A stretch of 32,000 nt of DNA from Desulfurobacterium pacificum (GTDB lineage: Bacteria > Aquificota > Aquificia > Desulfurobacteriales > Desulfurobacteriaceae). The notes under the pieces were generated by a model. The model was given only the letters and a program-made list of their open reading frames with translations, made no database searches and was not told the DNA's origin. Position numbers and translations under genes: made by a program. The stretch's first letter is position 1, and each line of letters starts with the position of its first letter. Location of the stretch: assembly GCF_900182835.1 (NCBI RefSeq), contig NZ_FXUB01000001.1, forward strand, positions 676,945-708,944, in the 5' to 3' direction. Shown here piece by piece: positions 27,668-32,000 of the stretch.

Positions 27668-28223
27668 TTAATCCCAAATTCTCCTCAATCTTCTTTGTTA
27701 TCTCATCAATATCACCAACGCCGTTTATCTCAACTAACAATCCTTTCTTGGTATAGTAATCTATCAACGGAGATGTCTGCTCTCTGTAAACCTTTAAGCG
27801 ATTTCTTATTACATCCTCAGTATCGTCAGCCCTACCGCGAGCTAACAACCTTTTTACTATCTCCTCGTCGTCAACGTTAAGATAGATAACCTTATCCAAA
27901 GGCATTCCCAACTCTTCAAGCATCTTGTCTAAAGCTTCAGCTTGAGGCAAAGTCCTCGGAAAACCGTCAAGAATAAATCCATTTTCTTTTACGTCTTCTT
28001 GAGAAAGCCTATCTTTTATTATTCCAATAATAATTTCATCGGGGACAAGTTCACCTTTATCCATATACTCTTTAGCTATTTTCCCCAATTCTGTTCCTTC
28101 TTTTACTGCTGCTCTTAAAATATCACCGGTTGATATATGGGGAACGTTATACTTCTCTGCTATTCTCACCGCCTGAGTACCCTTTCCAGCACCTGGAGGA
28201 CCTAAAAATACCACTCTTATCAT
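27660..28223 (-). CDS. adk: Adenylate kinase (short-LID form)
   Basis: FLGPPGAGKGTQAVRIAEKY, ISTGDILRAAV, GFILDGFPRTLPQAEAL. No extended LID insertion. Confidence 0.96.
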   Translation of the reverse strand: MIRVVFLGPPGAGKGTQAVRIAEKYNVPHISTGDILRAAVKEGTELGKIAKEYMDKGELVPDEIIIGIIKDRLSQEDVKENGFILDGFPRTLPQAEALDKMLEELGMPLDKVIYLNVDDEEIVKRLLARGRADDTEDVIRNRLKVYREQTSPLIDYYTKKGLLVEINGVGDIDEITKKIEENLGLNG

Positions 28224-29557
28224 CTTATACCTCCCAAACCAGCGCGAAGCTTTCCTCTTCTCCTTCTGCCCAAAAATCCTTCATAAGAAAACGAAAGCGC
28301 ATACGCTTCCATTCTCCTTAACGTATCAAGAGCAACACCTACAACAATCAGAATGGCTGTTCCACCAAAATAAAAAGGTAACTGCATTTGACGAGTTATT
28401 ATGATAGGAATAACCGCAACAAGCGTTAAGAAAACAGCACCAGCAAAAGTCAACCTGGAAACTATTCTATCTAAATATTTAGCTGTATCTGTTCCTGCTC
28501 TAACTCCAGGAATAAAACCACCTGCTTTATTTAAGTTCTCCGCTATATCTTCAGGATTAAAGATGATAGCAGTGTAAAAGTAGGTAAAGAAGAAAATCAA
28601 AATTGCATAAATAACCAAGTATGCAGTAGAACCCGGTTGTAGAAAATCGTAAATAGCCTGAGCAATGGGATTATGGACAAACCGTGCAATAGTCGCCGGG
28701 AACATTAAAACAGAAGCAGCAAAAATGATAGGTATAACGCCGGCAGGGTTCAACTTTATAGGAAGGTAACTTGAGTAACTTCCTAAAGCCTGAGAACCAG
28801 CAGTTCTTCTTGCATAGTGAAGGGGCACTCTCCTTTCCGCTTCCTGAATATACACAATTGCCGCTATCATTGCTAAAATAATAACGGTTATACCTATCAC
28901 TTTAAACAGAGAGATATCTCCGTTCTTCAACTCTGTAAACAGGGCAATAACAGCATTGGGTATCCTTGAGACTATACCTGCAAAAATCAGAATGGACATT
29001 CCGTTACCGATACCTTTAGCTGTAATCTTCTCTCCAAGCCACATAAGGAAAGTAGCACCAGCCGTTAAACAGGAAACACAAACAAATATGAACGTAAAAC
29101 CATAGTCAGGGACTACTGGTAATCCTGACGGGCTGGTCATTCCTTTTAAACCTATGGCTATACCCAAAGATTGAATAAAAGCTAAAAGAACCGCTCCATA
29201 GCGAGTATACTGGTTAATCTTTTTACGTCCGTACTCTCCTTCCTCTTTAGCCAATTTTTCTAAAGAGGGAAAAGCAACAGTAAGAACCTGCATTATGATT
29301 GCAGCACTGATATAAGGCATAACTCCTAAAGCAAAAATGGTCAACCTACTTAATGCACCACCAGAGAAAACGTCCATAAATCCTAAAACTGTTCCCTGTG
29401 CCTGCTGAAAGAACTCGGAAAGTGCCTGAACGTTGATACCAGGAGTAGGAATGTGCGCTCCCAGCCTGTAAACAGCCAGGAGCAGCATAGTGAAGATAAA
29501 ACGTTTCTTTAATTCCGGAACTTCTTTAACGTTAAGAATTATCTTAGAAAGGTTCAT
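28220..29557 (-). CDS. secY: Protein translocase subunit SecY
   Basis: RLGAHIPTPGIN, FSGGALSRLTIFALGVMPYISAAIIMQ, 10-TM pattern. Confidence 0.98.
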   Translation of the reverse strand: MNLSKIILNVKEVPELKKRFIFTMLLLAVYRLGAHIPTPGINVQALSEFFQQAQGTVLGFMDVFSGGALSRLTIFALGVMPYISAAIIMQVLTVAFPSLEKLAKEEGEYGRKKINQYTRYGAVLLAFIQSLGIAIGLKGMTSPSGLPVVPDYGFTFIFVCVSCLTAGATFLMWLGEKITAKGIGNGMSILIFAGIVSRIPNAVIALFTELKNGDISLFKVIGITVIILAMIAAIVYIQEAERRVPLHYARRTAGSQALGSYSSYLPIKLNPAGVIPIIFAASVLMFPATIARFVHNPIAQAIYDFLQPGSTAYLVIYAILIFFFTYFYTAIIFNPEDIAENLNKAGGFIPGVRAGTDTAKYLDRIVSRLTFAGAVFLTLVAVIPIIITRQMQLPFYFGGTAILIVVGVALDTLRRMEAYALSFSYEGFLGRRRRGKLRAGLGGIR

Positions 29558-29568
29558 TGTTTAGCTCC

Positions 29569-30027
29569 TTAAGCTATCTCCTCACAAACACCGCCAGCAG
29601 CTTCAATCTTCTCCTTAGCTGAAGCAGAAAACTTATGAGCCTTAACGGTAAACTTCTTTGTAACTTCACCGTCTCCTAAAATTTTCACAGGAAGATTTTT
29701 CTTAACCAATCCTACTTCCTCTAAAACTTCAGGAGTAATAACAGCCCCTTCTTCAAACCTATCGTTTAAATCCTTTACGTTAACTATGGCATACTCCTTC
29801 TTAAATGGAGCGTTAGAGAAACCTCTCTTAGGAAATCTCATATATAAAGGTGTCTGTCCACCTTCAAAACCAGGTCTTGTTCCACCTTTCCAGCCAGACC
29901 TTGCCGTTTGTCCTTTTTGACCTCTACCAGAGGTTTTACCGTGTCCGGAACCGTGACCTCTACCAAGCCTCTTCTTCTCTCTAACTGCTCCAGGATTTGG
30001 TTTTAGATTATGTAATTCCAATCCCAT
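29569..30027 (-). CDS. rplO: Ribosomal protein L15 (uL15)
   Basis: [40 protein letters not shown]. Likely start at 30027 rather than the track's 30048. Confidence 0.97.
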   Translation of the reverse strand: MGLELHNLKPNPGAVREKKRLGRGHGSGHGKTSGRGQKGQTARSGWKGGTRPGFEGGQTPLYMRFPKRGFSNAPFKKEYAIVNVKDLNDRFEEGAVITPEVLEEVGLVKKNLPVKILGDGEVTKKFTVKAHKFSASAKEKIEAAGGVCEEIA

Positions 30028-30028
30028 C

Positions 30029-30214
30029 TTACTCCTCCACAGGTTCAACTTTTATGAGTTCTCTAACTTTATCTATCATACCTTCAATAGCAGGGTTGAG
30101 TTCTTTTACAGTTACAGCACCTCTTTTGTGAAGACCAAGAGCAGCCAATGTGGCTTTTTTTCTCTTGCTCTTACCTGCCAAACCTCTTACGAGAGTTATC
30201 TTAACCTTAGCCAT
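30029..30214 (-). CDS. rpmD: Ribosomal protein L30 (uL30)
   Basis: [31 protein letters not shown]. Confidence 0.96.
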   Translation of the reverse strand: MAKVKITLVRGLAGKSKRKKATLAALGLHKRGAVTVKELNPAIEGMIDKVRELIKVEPVEE

Positions 30215-30216
30215 TA

Positions 30217-30777
30217 TTACCTCCTGATAATTTCACCTTCCTTAGTAATCCTTCTACCAGGTAACTTCCAGCGCTTGCGTAATTCTTCTACTGGAACGCC
30301 GCGGAGCCTTGCAAACTCTTCAGGAGTCTTAAGTTGCTCAAGTCCTTTTAAAACCGCTCTAACAACAGTATGAGGGTTTGTTGAACCGATAACCTTTGTC
30401 AAAACGTCGGTTACACCGGCAGACTCAAGAACGGCACGAACAGGAGCTGAAGCGATAACTCCGGTACCAGGAGCAGCTGGTCTCATTATAACTTTCGAAC
30501 CACCAAACTTGGCTTCAATCTCAAAAGGAATAGTTCCGTCAACAACAGGAACTTTCATTAAGTTCTTCTTTGCATCTTCAACAGCTTTTCTTATAGCATC
30601 TGGTACTTCAGCAGCCTTTCCTCTACCGAAACCGACAACGCCTTTTCCGTCACCTACAACAACAAAAGCTGTAAAGCTAAACTTCCTACCGCCAGTAACG
30701 ACCTTCGCGTTTCTGTTAATATGAACAAGTCTTTCTTTTAATTCAAGTCCTTCAGGTTTTACTCTCTCAGCCATCAA
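30217..30777 (-). CDS. rpsE: Ribosomal protein S5 (uS5)
   Basis: [41 protein letters not shown]. Confidence 0.98.
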   Translation of the reverse strand: MMAERVKPEGLELKERLVHINRNAKVVTGGRKFSFTAFVVVGDGKGVVGFGRGKAAEVPDAIRKAVEDAKKNLMKVPVVDGTIPFEIEAKFGGSKVIMRPAAPGTGVIASAPVRAVLESAGVTDVLTKVIGSTNPHTVVRAVLKGLEQLKTPEEFARLRGVPVEELRKRWKLPGRRITKEGEIIRR

Positions 30778-30785
30778 TACCTCCT

Positions 30786-31157
30786 TTAAAATTCAAGTCC
30801 ACCTTCTCTTGCCCCTTCGGCAAGCGCTTTAATTCTGCCGTGGTAGATGAAACCACCACGGTCAAATACTACCTTTTTAATGCCTTTTTCTAAAGCTCTC
30901 TGAGCTATGAGCTTTCCTACTTCACGAGCTTCTTCCGTCTTTGTAAGTTCAGCAAGCTTCGGTCTTAACTCCTTATCCAAAGTTGAAGCAGCTACTAAAG
31001 TTACTCCGTTTACATCATCTATTATCTGAGCGTATATGTGCTTAAGGCTTTTATAAACAGCTAATCTCGGTCTTTCCGGTGTGCCGAAAACTTTCTTTCT
31101 CACCCTTCTATGTTTTTTAGCTATCCTTTCACGCCTTGTTAACTTTGCCATCTTCAC
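30786..31157 (-). CDS. rplR: Ribosomal protein L18 (uL18)
   Basis: [46 protein letters not shown]. Confidence 0.97.
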   Translation of the reverse strand: MKMAKLTRRERIAKKHRRVRKKVFGTPERPRLAVYKSLKHIYAQIIDDVNGVTLVAASTLDKELRPKLAELTKTEEAREVGKLIAQRALEKGIKKVVFDRGGFIYHGRIKALAEGAREGGLEF

Positions 31158-31172
31158 TCTCCTTATTTAGTG

Positions 31173-31715
31173 TTACTTCTTAGCAGACTTACCAGCTTTG
31201 AGAATGATTCTCTCGCCTCTGTATCTGATACCTTTACCCTTGTAAGGCTCAGGTGGTCTGAAGGAACGAATTTCAGCAGCTACCTGTCCAACTTTTTGCT
31301 TATCTATACCGCGAACGAAGATGTTGTTATCCCTATCAACTTCAATCTGAATACCTTCAGGTATCTTGTAGAGAACAGGATGGGAAAAACCAAGGTGAAG
31401 CTCAAGAGTATCGCCTTTAACGAAGGCTCTATAACCAAGACCCTTTACTTCAAGAACTTTCTCAAATCCTTTAGAAACTCCAATAACCATGTTGTTAATT
31501 AAAGCCCTCGTTGTTCCGTGCAAAGCTCTCATTTGCTTCTCATCGTTAGGCCTTTCAACGATAACTTTGTTATCTTCAACTTTAATAGTGAGTTTAGGGT
31601 TAAACGTGTATTCAAGCTGTCCCTTAGGACCTTTAACTATTACGTGGTTTCCAGGTTTAACTTCAACAGTTACTCCTTGCGGTATCTCAACTGGCAACCT
31701 TCCAATTCTTGACAT
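31173..31715 (-). CDS. rplF: Ribosomal protein L6 (uL6)
   Basis: MSRIGRLPVEIPQGVTVEV, EPYKGKGIRYRGERIILKAGKSAKK. Confidence 0.98.
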   Translation of the reverse strand: MSRIGRLPVEIPQGVTVEVKPGNHVIVKGPKGQLEYTFNPKLTIKVEDNKVIVERPNDEKQMRALHGTTRALINNMVIGVSKGFEKVLEVKGLGYRAFVKGDTLELHLGFSHPVLYKIPEGIQIEVDRDNNIFVRGIDKQKVGQVAAEIRSFRPPEPYKGKGIRYRGERIILKAGKSAKK

Positions 31716-31736
31716 CTTTCCACTCCTTCAATGGTT

Positions 31737-32000
31737 TTACCATACGTAGCAAAGAACTTCTCCACCAACGCCCATCTTCCTGGCTTTATAACCAGGGATA
31801 ATACCTTTGTTGGTAGAAAGAATAGCTACTCCAAGTCCTGCTTTTACAAGAGGAATTTCATCCTTTCCAACGTAAATTCTTCTACCAGGCTTAGAAACTC
31901 TCTTAATTTCGTTGATTACTCTTTCTCTATTAGGACCGTACTTGAGATGAACGCGAATAAGCTTCTTCTTGTTGTTAGGGTCTTTAGCCTTCTTAAAAGG
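31737..32000 (-). CDS. rpsH: Ribosomal protein S8 (uS8), partial; 5' end beyond the window
   Basis: Manual translation of the C-terminus ...[11 protein letters not shown], open to the window edge. Confidence 0.92.
   Translation of the reverse strand, partial: PFKKAKDPNNKKKLIRVHLKYGPNRERVINEIKRVSKPGRRIYVGKDEIPLVKAGLGVAILSTNKGIIPGYKARKMGVGGEVLCYVW

Noticed and set aside
23619-31749. Plus-strand ORFs across the ribosomal protein cluster
   Set aside because: All are antisense shadows of conserved minus-strand ribosomal, secY, adk or map genes.
1-32000. tRNA, rRNA, transposase or integrase genes
   Set aside because: None recognised by eye on either strand. A tRNAscan/Infernal/ISfinder run would be needed for certainty.

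Overview
The window resembles a thermophilic, Aquificota-like bacterial chromosome. Lineage is inferred from gene content and the Aquifex-like Argonaute, not computed. From about 7.4 kb to the right edge it is mostly conserved housekeeping sequence: uvrA, a porin plus pstS, purH, alr, lysC, cimA, a bpsA-speE-speB polyamine cluster, minCDE, and a long ribosomal/secY/adk/map/infA/rpoA cluster on the minus strand. The left 7.4 kb is accessory and holds the main discovery candidate. A long, apparently catalytically intact prokaryotic Argonaute (DEDH tetrad D477/E514/D542/H662, 5'-phosphate-type Y-K-Q-K MID motif) is followed by three co-directional genes: a DUF2283-like small protein, a ribbon-helix-helix-like basic protein, and an HslU/ClpX-like AAA+ ATPase. 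A further co-directional ORF with a good Shine-Dalgarno leaves the window at its left edge. Other items worth checking are a hidden 44-aa ORF in the Argonaute operon, a divergent membrane protein with an Asp/Trp-rich tail, a tandem array of single-TM microproteins with one frameshifted copy, and a strong hairpin that sequesters the porin gene's Shine-Dalgarno sequence.
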